Shown one piece after another: positions 41,327-52,015 of a stretch of 64,000 nt of DNA. Origin of the DNA: an uncultured Planctomycetota bacterium. GTDB lineage: Bacteria; Planctomycetota; Planctomycetia; Isosphaerales; Isosphaeraceae. A program made the translations under genes and the position numbers. A model generated the notes under the pieces. It made no database searches. It saw nothing but the letters and a program-made list of their open reading frames with translations, and was not told the origin of the DNA. The DNA lies in assembly GCA_963823665.1 (NCBI GenBank), contig CAWGMQ010000006.1:1312001-1376000 (forward strand), given 5' to 3'. Numbering within the stretch: the first letter of the stretch is position 1; each line of letters begins with the position of its first letter.

Positions 41327-41624
41327 ATCACGGAACTCTTTCTGGCAACACCAACGCGGATCTTCCGCGAGCGATTGTTCGCGGTGGAATCGCCGCCGGC
41401 CACTTGCGTAAGTGCAATCTTCGTAGTGGGTTGTGCAATTCAAGCCGCAAAGTCATCGTCAGTTTTCCTGAATCGACACCATGTTGCTTTTTTGGGTTTC
41501 GGAATTCCATAATGGTGGGTAGGTTTGAGGTCGCTTTCACGCTGCGGTCGGGAATTCGCGGGAAGCCCGCGACGGTGTCGCGGGCGGGAGTCTTGCTGGA
41601 AACTGGGGCGGCGAAAGGTCGGGC

Positions 41625-42680
41625 ATGCCGGAAGTGACAATCAGCCTGGAGGGTCATGCCGAGGAGCTCGCCGTTTTCGGCAGTCGGGACCAGTATCTCA
41701 GGCAGGTTCGCGACGCGGTAGGCGTGAAGGTTCTGGCGCGGCATGGCGAGGTCCGGATCGAAGGAGATGTCGCCCGAATCGAGCAAGCGAAGCGCATTTT
41801 CGAGGGCTTGCGGGCGATTTATCGCGCGCGGCGGACGATTGCCTCGGGTGATGTCAGCGACCTGATCGACGCCACGCTGGGCAGTCAGCAGGCGGATCAA
41901 TCCGGCGAGCTCGAGATTCGCGAGGGCGCCCGGGCCGTTCGCCCGCGTTCGGACGGGCAAGCGCGGTACATGAAGGCGCTCCAGGAGAACGAGCTGGTCT
42001 TCTGCATCGGGCCGGCGGGGACCGGGAAAACTTACCTGGCGGTGGCGACGGCGGTTTCGTTCTTGCGGCGCGGGCGAATCAAAAAGATCGTTCTGGTACG
42101 GCCGGCCGTCGAGGCCGGTGAGCACCTGGGCTTCCTGCCCGGCGACCTGGAGGCCAAGATCAATCCTTATCTCCGGCCACTCCTGGACGCGCTTCACGAC
42201 TTGATGGACTACGATCAGATCCGGCGCTACATGGACAACGATCTGATCGAGATTGCACCGCTGGCATACATGCGGGGCCGCACCTTGAACGACGCAGCGA
42301 TCATCCTCGACGAGGGACAGAACGCAACAGTTCCTCAGATGAAGATGTTCTTGACTCGAATGGGCCAGAACGCCAGGATCGTGGTCACCGGCGACATCAC
42401 GCAGGTGGACTTGCCGGTGGCAACCAGGAGCGGACTTGCCGACGCGATCGATCGACTCAAGGACATCCCCGGCATCGGGACGGCGTTCCTTGATCGATCG
42501 GATATCGTGCGGCACCCACTGGTGCAGGCGATCGTCGATTGTTATGAATCTACCGAGATAGCGCCGGAGCGCGACGGGCGGGCTGAGCTCGCCGCGGCCG
42601 AGCCGTTCTCGAACCTTCCTACCCCAAAACCGCCCCGGAGTGAAGGCGCAGCGACACCGCCCAGGAGCACGATCGCGTGA
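41625..42680 (+). CDS. phoH: PhoH family ATPase
   Basis: GPAGTGKTYLA, RPAVEAGE.LGFLPG, YMRGRTL, LDEGQN. Confidence 0.96.
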   Translation: MPEVTISLEGHAEELAVFGSRDQYLRQVRDAVGVKVLARHGEVRIEGDVARIEQAKRIFEGLRAIYRARRTIASGDVSDLIDATLGSQQADQSGELEIREGARAVRPRSDGQARYMKALQENELVFCIGPAGTGKTYLAVATAVSFLRRGRIKKIVLVRPAVEAGEHLGFLPGDLEAKINPYLRPLLDALHDLMDYDQIRRYMDNDLIEIAPLAYMRGRTLNDAAIILDEGQNATVPQMKMFLTRMGQNARIVVTGDITQVDLPVATRSGLADAIDRLKDIPGIGTAFLDRSDIVRHPLVQAIVDCYESTEIAPERDGRAELAAAEPFSNLPTPKPPRSEGAATPPRSTIA

Positions 42681-42701
42681 TCATGAACAACATGACGCGT
42701 C

Positions 42702-45044
42702 TTGGTGCGGGACGAGCCGCAAAAGCCTGGGCCGCGTGGCCCTGGCACACTTCCGCGCGGAACGGCAGGAAAAAAGCCGGCTGCGTCGCTCCGAGAACGA
42801 TCCATGAGTATCGGCCGCCGTCGTCCTAAACTCGCCCGGGTGCAACTGCGCCCGGCGCAATCAATCTCGCTTACGGAGAACCGCGCGGCCAGGCAGCGTG
42901 CGCGGTTGGTGCTCCTCTTCGGCCTGACGGTCGCGGTGGTGATGACCGCGCTCTTCGTGCACGGCTCGGGGCCGCCGTTCACGTTCCGCCAGGGTGAGCG
43001 GCCCACGCGCGAGCTCAGGGTCAATGTCTTCGAGTTCAAGCTTCGCAATCAGACCAAGACGAGCAGCGAGCGCCGGGCGGCAGCCGAGCAGGTCGCACCC
43101 GAGATGGTCAACGATCCGGGGCCGCTGCGCGAGCTGGCCAAGAATCTGGACGACTTGATCTCGGTCGTCGCCCGATCGAGCCGCTTCGAGGATGTGCGTG
43201 AGAACCTCCGCTCGAGCTGGAAGCTCAAGCCCGAGAGCTACCTCGACCTCAAAGCGGCTACGGACACCCCGGAGCGGCGCGATAACTTGCACGCCAAGCT
43301 GGCTCTCGCGTTCGAGCCTCTTCTTCGCGATGGCGTGCTCGGCCCAGGCACGCTCCCGACGAACGAGGAAACGGTACGCGTGCTCTCTGTGCGGAATGCC
43401 GACGAGCCCCGCTCCGCAAGCAGGTCCGTGCCGAGAGACCGTGTGGTCCCCGAACGAATCATCAAGCCGGACGGGGCGGTCGCCCAGGAATTCAAATCGG
43501 CCTTCACGACCCCGCAAGTCGGCCAGATCCTGTTCGACCTGGTCGCCGGCAAGCTGGATACGCTTGCGACCCTGACATATGAAGCCGACGCGACCGCGAA
43601 GCTTCGCGACGAGGCACGCACCCGCGTCCGTGACGTTTACGATACTTACAGCCGCGGCGACGTGCTGGTCGAAGCCGGCCGCAGGATCGGCCAGGAGCAG
43701 CTCATCCTGCTTCGCCGCGAGCACGAGGCCGCGATGCGAGAGCTCACTCTCGGCGATCGGGCCAAGCGCGGCCTCGGCATCCTGGCCCTGGTCGCCGGGC
43801 TCTATTTCCTTGCGGCGCTTTTGATCGTCCGGCGTGAGCCGCGATTCGCCCAAGATTATCGCCGCATCGCCATGCTCTGCGGCCTGTTGATTGTGGCTTT
43901 AGCACTGATCCGCCTGCTCGGAGCGCAGACCTGGAACGCCGAGATCGTGCCCGTGGCCATCGTCGGGATGATCGTGGCGATCGCCTTCACACCAAGCTTT
44001 GCGATGATGGTCACGTTTGCACTTTCCATCCTGACGTGCATCACGCTCGGCACCCAGATACCGCACTTCCTGGTCGTGATGGGCGGGACTTCGGCGGCCG
44101 TGCTCTCGCTCCGCGAGGTTCGCACTCGGACCAAGCTGATCAAAGTGGGTGCGGCCGCGTCGGCAGCCTACTTTCTGATCACCTGGGCGACCGGGCTCTG
44201 GCAGGATCAACCACTCGATGTCGTGCGCGACGACAGCTTCTGGCGCGCAGGCTGGGGACTCATGTCCGGCTTCCTGCTGGGAGGAAGCCTGCCGTTCATC
44301 GAGAACGCGCTCGGAATCGTTACCGGCATCAGCCTGCTCGAGCTCGGCGACAACACTCATCCCCTTCTCCAGGAGCTCGTCCGCCGTGCGCCCGGCACGC
44401 ACAACCACTCGATCACCGTCGGCGCGATCGCCGAATCGGCGGCCGAGCGCATCGGCGCCGACGGCTTGCTCGTTCGCATCGGCGCCTATTTTCACGATAT
44501 CGGCAAGATGCTCAAACCGCACTATTTCGTGGAAAACCAGGTCGGGTCGACCAGCCGCCATGCGAAGCTCGCACCGGCGATGAGCACGCTCATCATCATC
44601 GGCCACGTCAAGGATGGTGTCGACCTCGGCCGCCAGCACCACCTCCCCGAGCCGATCATCGACTTGATCGAGCAGCACCACGGGACGACTCTTGTCGAAT
44701 ACTTCTATCACGAAGCGAACAGGCGCAACGGCAACAATCCGGATGCGTCACCCGTCGCCGAGAGTTCCTATCGCTACCCGGGCCCCAAGCCGCAGACCCG
44801 CGAGGCAGCTATCCTCATGGTCGCCGACGCCGTCGAGAGCGCCAGCAGGACATTGTCGGACCCGGCTCCCGCCCGGCTCGAAGGGCTCGTGAGCGACCTG
44901 GTCGACAAGCGCCTGCGCGACGGCCAGTTCGACGAGTGCGGCCTCACCCTCCGCGAGATCGCCGAAATTCGCGAGAGCCTTATCAAGTCCCTGATCGGTA
45001 TCTACCACGGGCGGGTGAAATATCCCGAACATCGAACCGCTTGA
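42702..45044 (+). CDS. 7TM-HD phosphohydrolase (PgpH-like)
   Basis: extracellular domain, several TM helices, APGTHNHS, YFHDIGK, HHGT, ADAVES. Confidence 0.92.
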   Translation: MVRDEPQKPGPRGPGTLPRGTAGKKPAASLRERSMSIGRRRPKLARVQLRPAQSISLTENRAARQRARLVLLFGLTVAVVMTALFVHGSGPPFTFRQGERPTRELRVNVFEFKLRNQTKTSSERRAAAEQVAPEMVNDPGPLRELAKNLDDLISVVARSSRFEDVRENLRSSWKLKPESYLDLKAATDTPERRDNLHAKLALAFEPLLRDGVLGPGTLPTNEETVRVLSVRNADEPRSASRSVPRDRVVPERIIKPDGAVAQEFKSAFTTPQVGQILFDLVAGKLDTLATLTYEADATAKLRDEARTRVRDVYDTYSRGDVLVEAGRRIGQEQLILLRREHEAAMRELTLGDRAKRGLGILALVAGLYFLAALLIVRREPRFAQDYRRIAMLCGLLIVALALIRLLGAQTWNAEIVPVAIVGMIVAIAFTPSFAMMVTFALSILTCITLGTQIPHFLVVMGGTSAAVLSLREVRTRTKLIKVGAAASAAYFLITWATGLWQDQPLDVVRDDSFWRAGWGLMSGFLLGGSLPFIENALGIVTGISLLELGDNTHPLLQELVRRAPGTHNHSITVGAIAESAAERIGADGLLVRIGAYFHDIGKMLKPHYFVENQVGSTSRHAKLAPAMSTLIIIGHVKDGVDLGRQHHLPEPIIDLIEQHHGTTLVEYFYHEANRRNGNNPDASPVAESSYRYPGPKPQTREAAILMVADAVESASRTLSDPAPARLEGLVSDLVDKRLRDGQFDECGLTLREIAEIRESLIKSLIGIYHGRVKYPEHRTA

Positions 45045-45048
45045 GACG

Positions 45049-45474
45049 ATGCCCATCGAGATCCAGATCAGCGACACCCAGGGTCACCTGAAAATCAACC
45101 AGGCGACGATCGCCCGGATCGCCGAGACTGTCCTGGTCGCCGAAAATCGGCAGACCGCCTCGATCTCGATTGCCCTGGTCGACAACGACACGATTCATCG
45201 GCTGAACCGGATGCACCTCGGCCACGACTGGTCGACCGACGTCATCACGTTCCCGCTCTCGGACCCCGATGACGAGGAACTGTCCGGCGAGCTGGTGATC
45301 TCCACCGAGATGGCCGTCGCAACCGCCCGCGAGATGGGGCACGATCCGCTCGACGAGCTGGCCCTGTACATCGTCCACGGGCTGCTGCACCTCTGCGGAT
45401 ACGACGATTCGAACGAAGAACAGTCGGCCGCGATGACTCGCCGCCAGACGGAAATCTGGAGAGCCCTCCCCTGA
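45049..45474 (+). CDS. ybeY: rRNA maturation endoribonuclease YbeY
   Basis: TDVITF, HGLLHLCGYDD. Confidence 0.96.
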   Translation: MPIEIQISDTQGHLKINQATIARIAETVLVAENRQTASISIALVDNDTIHRLNRMHLGHDWSTDVITFPLSDPDDEELSGELVISTEMAVATAREMGHDPLDELALYIVHGLLHLCGYDDSNEEQSAAMTRRQTEIWRALP

Positions 45475-45496
45475 TCAATGCAAGGGCGATCGTGCT

Positions 45497-48400
45497 TCAC
45501 GCACCGGCATGCCTGCCGAATCGTTCGCCCCTGGCCAGTAGTGCGTCGATCAAATGCGGATACCCCTCCGGCGCTGCCGTCGCGCGCGCCAGTTCCACGG
45601 CCGAGAGTTTCACCCCTCCACGAGACAGGATCGCGATCGCGTTTCCGCCTGGCTGGCCGTCATGGTTGCCGTCGATTAACCGGCCGATGCTGTCAACCAG
45701 TCCTGACGGCGCCACCCCATCGATCAGCAGTTGGACCGGCTTGGTGAGTGCGAACGGCTTCTTCGGGATGAGCGTCACAGAGTGGGTCGAATCCGTGTAC
45801 GTGGCCGATTTGAGTTTGATCACTGCCGCGTTCTTCGCGGTGTAAGACCCGTGTTTCCCCGGAGTCGCCAGGCGATAGATGCCTGTCGTCATATCGGCCT
45901 GGGTGGAATTGACCGACCCGCTGAAAACGACAGTTACTTGCGTGACTTGGTGTTTCTTGTTCGTCTTGTCCGTGACGCCGTTCACGGTCACCAGGGGCGG
46001 CACCACGACGATCGTCTGAATGATGCTCGGACTGCTCACGTCGCCGTACTTGTCAACCACCTCAACCTGGTATGAATACGATCCGGGGGAAAGCGGACCT
46101 TGCAACGTGAACTGGTAGTTGCCGGACCCATCCGCCGTGGTCGTGCTGATCGTAGTCGGCGGAGACCCGGCGATCCTGCTCGGAACAAGAAGCTGTGCGG
46201 TCGCTCCAGGAAACGTCGTACCGACGACCTCGGGACTCGTCGAGATGGTGGTCTCGCCCCCCGTCGCTCCGGTGCTTTCGGATGGCAAGAGCGTTGGCGG
46301 GCTCGGCCTGGGCGGTGCCGCCACGATTGTCAAGCTGAACGGCAAGCTGGCCGCGCTGCTGCCGTAGGCGTTCATTGCGACGACACGGAAGCTGTACGTG
46401 CCGGGGCCCAGCGGTGCGCCCGGCACCGGCAGGATGTACGTGCCGCTTGGGCCGGCGGTGGTCGAACCAACCACGGCGTTCAGATGGTCGAGAAGCTGGA
46501 CGGTCGCGCCGGGCTCGGCTGTACCGGAAAGGCTCGGCGACTCGACATCCGTGATGCCGTCACCCTTCGTTCCACTGTCGTCGTCAGCGAACAGCACCGG
46601 TGCCGGCGGCTGCGCCGGCGGCGGTCGGTGAATGGTCAGCGTGTTCGAGCTCGGGCTGCCCAGCTCCGCCCCGCTGCCGGGGCTGCTCAAGACCACGTTC
46701 ACCGTCAAGTCGGCAATGAGGCCGGCGTTCAGGAGCGGGATGCTGATCGTCTCGCTGTGCTGGCCTGCGGGGAAATTCAGGGTTGTATTCACCGCGGTGT
46801 AGTTTGTCCCGGCCACAGCCGTTCCGCCGGATGTCCCGATATTAACGCTCACAGCGCCCTGGTACCCGCTCGCCCGTTCGATCTCGATCGTCGCGCTGCC
46901 GGTGGTCTCGTCCACGGATTCAGAGGCCGTGGCAAACTCGAGAGCCGCCGCCGCGGCCACGGTGAAAGGGGTCGTCGTCGCCGCGAACCCGTTGCTGCCG
47001 GTCGCCCGCAGCGTGTAGCCGGTGTAGGCGGTCGCCAGCGTCAGATCCGCGAATGCGGCGACCCCGTCCACAGCATTGACGGTCTTGGTCCCGCCCAGAA
47101 CGGCGCCCGTCGGCCCGGTCAAGATCGCGATCGAAAGCGGTTGCGTGAACGATTGATCGATGTTTCCAAAGGGATCGAGGGCGCTGACGTCCACCTCGAA
47201 TTCGGTGTTGCCGGTCACGCTCGTGGTTGGCTGACTCGCAATGCTGAGCTTCGTGGCTGCTGCTGCGGTCACGCTGATCGAGCTGCTTGTCGCGGAAGTG
47301 AGACCAGCGTAGGCAGCGGTGATCGTGTACCCGCTGCCGGCCTGTTCTAGTGACACGTCCGTGAACGTCGCCACTCCCGCTACCGCCGCTACCGTGAACG
47401 TGCCGTAAAGCGTGCCCTGCCCCCCACTGTTCGCGACTGACAGCGTGACGTCCTCATTGAAGTTGCTGATGACGTGTCCTTGCGGATCCGTTGCCTCCAC
47501 GGTGAGCGGAAACGCCACTCCGGCGACGACCGCACTTGGTGGCTGCGCCGTGATGTTGAGCGACCCGACAAAGATCTTGACCGCGAAGCTGCCGATGCTG
47601 CCCACCGTGACGGCATTGCCCGCCAGGTCGGTCGGAGCCCCGCTCACCAGGTTGACGCTATACGTTCCGTCGTCAGCTTCACTCCACGATCCGCCCGGAG
47701 GCGTGATCTGATACGTGACGACAAATCCTTGTGCGTCGCCGGCGGCGTCCGTCGCACCCTGCGGCGTGGTGCTGACCACAGTCGTCACGATCGGCGATCC
47801 GATCCCGGGCGGCATCACCTGCACGACCGTCGCCGCCAAGCTCGATTTCTTGACGGCGAGATTGTCCGTGTAGGTGATGCTGAACGTGTACGGATTGAGC
47901 ATCGACGCATTCGAAACGTTGACCGCCGTCGCTTGCAGCGAGGCCGTCGGAGGGATCGTGTCGACCGCCGGCCCGATCTGATACGCACCGATGTCGGTCA
48001 CGCCGGCGACCGTCCGCGGCGCCCCGCGCTGGTCCGTCAGAACGTTTTGCGGATTCGCGCCGGCGCCCGCGGCGGGGCTCCCCGATTGCAAGGCAATCGT
48101 GGCAGTGGTCCCGCCGTTGTTCGCGAGGCCCACCGTCGCAAGCAGCGGATTCACTCCTACCAGGTTTCCGGGTGGGATGACCGTGCCCGCAGGCAGCGTC
48201 TGAAACAGCGAATCATTCGCGGTGATGTTCCCCTGGTAGTCGAGCGACCCATTGCCCGCGAACAGCGTACTGACCGCCGTGACGGTGCCTGCGGGTGCGG
48301 ATACAACTCCTGAGCCGATGTTGAGAGCGATCGTCGTGTTGTCGAGCGTTGCCGTCCCGCCAGCCACCGAAAGCGCGCCGGCGCCGGAGGTTCCCGAATT

Positions 48401-51400
48401 CCCCGCGAGGCCGGCCGCGCCCGGCCCGCCGGCGAGCGCCGCAGATCCGGGCTCGCCGCTGGCTCCTGAGACTCCACTCGTTGCGCCGCGGCCGCCGCCG
48501 ACCCCGCCGACACCAGCCCGGCCGCCCGGCCCGGCCTTGCCGCCGGCGCCGCCGGACCCCGCCACGCCCGCGATTCCGGCCGCGCCGCCCTGCGCGGAGT
48601 TCTTCGCGATGGTGACGTTCAACGTCGTGAGCGACCCGGCGGCCAGATAGATGCCGCCACCGGCTGCAGTTCCGCCGTTGCCTCCGTCTAAGCCACCCCC
48701 GCCCGGTCCCCCGGCACCGCCGTTTCCACCCGCGCCACCATGGCCTCCCACTCCCCCGGCGCCCGCTTTGCCCGCGCCGAGCTGAGCGTTTGACGTGAGC
48801 CCGGTCACACGTCCTCCCGCTCCGCCATCGTTGTAGGTAAATGCGTTGGTTGCCGTGCTGCTGGCGGCGACCAGCCCTCCGCGGCCGCCGTCGCCGCCGA
48901 GTCCGCCTGCTCCACCGCTTCCTCCATTCCCGCCGTCGCCGCCGAGCGCCGCGTTGAACGCCAGAGTGTCTGCGGCCAGCGTGACGCTTCCACTCGTGAC
49001 AAAGAGTGCCCCGCCGCCCGCCATTCCGCCATCACCGGCGCGGCCCCCGTTCCCCCCCGCGGCCCCGAGCCCCCCGTTCGCGCCGGCACCGTCACTGCCC
49101 CCGGAGCCTCCATTGCCGGCGGTGTTCGCATAGACGATAACTTGATTGCCATTTGTTCGCTTGACATCTCCGGCGTTCCCGCCCGCGCCTCCGCCTCCGC
49201 CAGGCCCACCCCTGCCGCTCGAAACTGTAGCGTTCGTGTTTTCGCCGCCGCCGGCACCCCCGCGCCCGCCGGTCCCTCCGGCGCCTCCCTGCGCGCTATT
49301 GCTGTCGAGCGTGGAGCCGGAGATCGCGATCGTGCTGCCGGTCACGAGAATCCCACCCCCGGAAGCCGGTCCCGCTGCACCGCCATCCCCACCGGCACCA
49401 CCGGCCGCCGCCGTCCCGACCGGGCCCGCATTGCCTCCTTTACCGCCTTTCCCTCCCCGACCGGCGTGGGCTCCCAGACCGATGACTCCACCTCCCGCCG
49501 AGGCGCCCGGCGGCCCTGCTGATCCGCCGGCCCCGCCCCCACCGCCCCCACCCCCGATTCCGCCCGCCAGGGCTGCACCGCCGGCTCCGCCTCCGCCCCC
49601 GGCGCCGCCTCGCCCGCCGGCAACCTGGTTGCCACGCACGCTGTTTCCGGAAAACGTCACATCGCCGCCGGCGTACACGGCGCCACCCGAAGCGGAACCA
49701 CCCGGTCCCCCGGCGCCACCGCGGCCGGCGCTGGCGCCGGGGCTCGGCTTGCCGCCGGCTCCCCCGTCGCCGCCGTTTCCACCTGATCCGCCGTTATAAT
49801 GAGGCGTGCCCGCTCCGCCCGCGTGGCCGATTCCGAAATATCCTGCACCGCCGGCTCCTCCGCTTCCGCCGCGGCCGCCATATCCGCCCTCGCCCGTGCC
49901 GCCGGCGCCGCCAGCACCTCCAGCTCCGCCAGTGCCCGCGTTTGCCTGGTTGCTTTCCATGTCGAGGGCCGTGAACACCACACTCGTCGCGCCCTCGCCG
50001 ATATAAACGCCGCCACCTCGCGCGGAACCCCCGGCGCCGCCCGCGCCCCCATCGGAACCGGCCGCACCGGCACCGCCATTGCCGCCTGCACCGCCGGCAC
50101 CCCCCGAGCCTCCTGCCCCGCCCGAAAGCGACGACTGCTCAGATACGGTCCCGTGCCCGCCCGTGCCGCCGCTGGCGCCAAAACCTCCTTCGCCGCCGCG
50201 GCCGCCTTTGCCGCCCAGGCCGCCTTTTCCGCCACTGCCCCCCGCGCCTCCGTTCGCGTCGTTGGACATAAATGTGCAGCCGTCGATGGAAATAGTACCG
50301 GCGGCAATGTAGACGGCGCCGCCGGCAGCGTCACCGCCCTCGCCCCCCTGTCCTGCCAGACCCGCTGCGCCTCCGGCGCCGCCTCGTCCGCCGATCCCGC
50401 CGGCCCCGCCGCCAGCTCCCGCGTGCTTCCCTCTCGCTCCCGCCGCTCCCCGGACGCCGGATCCGCCACTTCCTCCCTGCCCCCCGGCCCCGCCGGTTCC
50501 ACCGCCGCCCGCCGCCCCGCCCGCGCCGCCATCTGCGTTGTTCGATCCAAACTGATCGTTCGACAGAGTGACCGTGCCCGCTCCCAAATACAGGCCTCCG
50601 CCAGCGGCGTTTCCGGCGTTGCCGCCGCCGCCGCCATCACCGCCCGGCTTCCCGGCGACCCCGGTCCCTCCCTTGCCCCCCGCACGTCCATCGCCCATTC
50701 CTGTCGTTCCGTTGCCCGCGGAACCCGGCGCCCCATTCGCACCGCTTGATCCACTCCCGCCAGGGCCACCTACTCCGCCCATTCCGCCACGAGCCACGTT
50801 CGAGCCCAGATCGCTCGTTTTGAGCGTCAGGCCGCCTTCGGAAAGGTCGATGGCACCCCCGGCCGCAGTACCACCATTTCCGCCGGCGCCACCTTGAAGC
50901 CCCAGTCCTCCCGAGCCGCCGAGTGCACCCCGGCCGCCAATGGCCTGATTGCCTGTAAACTGTGAGGCAACCACGATGGCGGATCCTCCGCCGATGAACA
51001 GTCCCCCGCCAGCGGCCGCGCCGCCAGCCCCGCCAGCCCCGCCGTCGTGGTTATTGCCGGCGCCCCCAATCCCGTTTGCCCCCGCCACGCCGGCCCCGCC
51101 ATAGGCCGAGTTATCGTCGACCTTCACGTTATTCAGGGTCAGCGTGCCGGTGGCCAGATAGATTCCGCCTCCCTGTGCCGCAGCGCCGGCCGCACCGCTT
51201 GCGCCTGCCGGTGCCGATAATCCTCCGCCTGCGCTGGAGTTCGTCGGACCGGGGGCTCCCGCGCGATTGCTCTTCACACTCACGCTCGAGAACGTCACGT
51301 CGCCGCCGTCGATGAGGAATCCACCCCCTAAAGCGGCGTTGCCTCCGAGGGCGCCGCCGTCGCCCGCAGCCCCTCCCTGGACCGTCAAGTTCTGGAAGAC

Positions 51401-51784
51401 AACCGTGACCGCCGCCCCCTGGCTGCTCACAATCTGAAAAACACGATTCTGAAGCTGGCTCGCGTCCACGATCGTCGTTCCGGCGCCAGCCCCTACGATG
51501 GTAAACGTCTTCGCCGCCACACCCGCCGCCTGGTCGTTGATCAGCAGGTCGCCGGAGCTCGTATCCGTGAGCGAAAAAGTCCCCGTCTCCAGGTTGATCG
51601 TATTGCTTGCATCGCCGTTCGTATCCGACTGGTCGATCGCGTCGCGCAGGCTGCCGGCCGCACCGTCGGCAGTCGCTGCTGCGACGTTGAACACCGCCGG
51701 GTTGATCCGTATTTCCAGTCCTTCAAGATTGGGAAGCATCCTTCGCTTCCGGGCGACGCGGAACGATCGCGGACGCAATGCCAT
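45497..51784 (-). CDS. large Gly-rich (PGRS-like) surface protein with Calx-beta and Ig-like domains
   Basis: planctomycete export motif LEGLEIR, GGxGGxGG tracts, DQRG..R..DIGAYQ, Calx-beta-like and DDSGTKGDGIT Ig-like domains. Confidence 0.85.
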   Translation of the reverse strand: MALRPRSFRVARKRRMLPNLEGLEIRINPAVFNVAAATADGAAGSLRDAIDQSDTNGDASNTINLETGTFSLTDTSSGDLLINDQAAGVAAKTFTIVGAGAGTTIVDASQLQNRVFQIVSSQGAAVTVVFQNLTVQGGAAGDGGALGGNAALGGGFLIDGGDVTFSSVSVKSNRAGAPGPTNSSAGGGLSAPAGASGAAGAAAQGGGIYLATGTLTLNNVKVDDNSAYGGAGVAGANGIGGAGNNHDGGAGGAGGAAAGGGLFIGGGSAIVVASQFTGNQAIGGRGALGGSGGLGLQGGAGGNGGTAAGGAIDLSEGGLTLKTSDLGSNVARGGMGGVGGPGGSGSSGANGAPGSAGNGTTGMGDGRAGGKGGTGVAGKPGGDGGGGGNAGNAAGGGLYLGAGTVTLSNDQFGSNNADGGAGGAAGGGGTGGAGGQGGSGGSGVRGAAGARGKHAGAGGGAGGIGGRGGAGGAAGLAGQGGEGGDAAGGAVYIAAGTISIDGCTFMSNDANGGAGGSGGKGGLGGKGGRGGEGGFGASGGTGGHGTVSEQSSLSGGAGGSGGAGGAGGNGGAGAAGSDGGAGGAGGSARGGGVYIGEGATSVVFTALDMESNQANAGTGGAGGAGGAGGTGEGGYGGRGGSGGAGGAGYFGIGHAGGAGTPHYNGGSGGNGGDGGAGGKPSPGASAGRGGAGGPGGSASGGAVYAGGDVTFSGNSVRGNQVAGGRGGAGGGGGAGGAALAGGIGGGGGGGGAGGSAGPPGASAGGGVIGLGAHAGRGGKGGKGGNAGPVGTAAAGGAGGDGGAAGPASGGGILVTGSTIAISGSTLDSNSAQGGAGGTGGRGGAGGGENTNATVSSGRGGPGGGGGAGGNAGDVKRTNGNQVIVYANTAGNGGSGGSDGAGANGGLGAAGGNGGRAGDGGMAGGGALFVTSGSVTLAADTLAFNAALGGDGGNGGSGGAGGLGGDGGRGGLVAASSTATNAFTYNDGGAGGRVTGLTSNAQLGAGKAGAGGVGGHGGAGGNGGAGGPGGGGLDGGNGGTAAGGGIYLAAGSLTTLNVTIAKNSAQGGAAGIAGVAGSGGAGGKAGPGGRAGVGGVGGGRGATSGVSGASGEPGSAALAGGPGAAGLAGNSGTSGAGALSVAGGTATLDNTTIALNIGSGVVSAPAGTVTAVSTLFAGNGSLDYQGNITANDSLFQTLPAGTVIPPGNLVGVNPLLATVGLANNGGTTATIALQSGSPAAGAGANPQNVLTDQRGAPRTVAGVTDIGAYQIGPAVDTIPPTASLQATAVNVSNASMLNPYTFSITYTDNLAVKKSSLAATVVQVMPPGIGSPIVTTVVSTTPQGATDAAGDAQGFVVTYQITPPGGSWSEADDGTYSVNLVSGAPTDLAGNAVTVGSIGSFAVKIFVGSLNITAQPPSAVVAGVAFPLTVEATDPQGHVISNFNEDVTLSVANSGGQGTLYGTFTVAAVAGVATFTDVSLEQAGSGYTITAAYAGLTSATSSSISVTAAAATKLSIASQPTTSVTGNTEFEVDVSALDPFGNIDQSFTQPLSIAILTGPTGAVLGGTKTVNAVDGVAAFADLTLATAYTGYTLRATGSNGFAATTTPFTVAAAAALEFATASESVDETTGSATIEIERASGYQGAVSVNIGTSGGTAVAGTNYTAVNTTLNFPAGQHSETISIPLLNAGLIADLTVNVVLSSPGSGAELGSPSSNTLTIHRPPPAQPPAPVLFADDDSGTKGDGITDVESPSLSGTAEPGATVQLLDHLNAVVGSTTAGPSGTYILPVPGAPLGPGTYSFRVVAMNAYGSSAASLPFSLTIVAAPPRPSPPTLLPSESTGATGGETTISTSPEVVGTTFPGATAQLLVPSRIAGSPPTTISTTTADGSGNYQFTLQGPLSPGSYSYQVEVVDKYGDVSSPSIIQTIVVVPPLVTVNGVTDKTNKKHQVTQVTVVFSGSVNSTQADMTTGIYRLATPGKHGSYTAKNAAVIKLKSATYTDSTHSVTLIPKKPFALTKPVQLLIDGVAPSGLVDSIGRLIDGNHDGQPGGNAIAILSRGGVKLSAVELARATAAPEGYPHLIDALLARGERFGRHAGA

Positions 51785-52015
51785 GAAACTCTCCAGGTCC
51801 AGAGCCGGGTGCCTTGGGATCCAAACCCCTCATCGATGACGAGGTAAACTCTTCGGCCATGGCACCGGCGAACTTCACAATATAATGCGATCACGCATTC
51901 GTTTTCCAGACTCCCGCACGCGCGAAGCCTCCCGAATGCTAGAATCGAACCCAGGCGATCCCTTTTCGACACCCGGCTCATCCGCTCACAAGCATGGGGT
52001 GGGGACTGAACTTCC

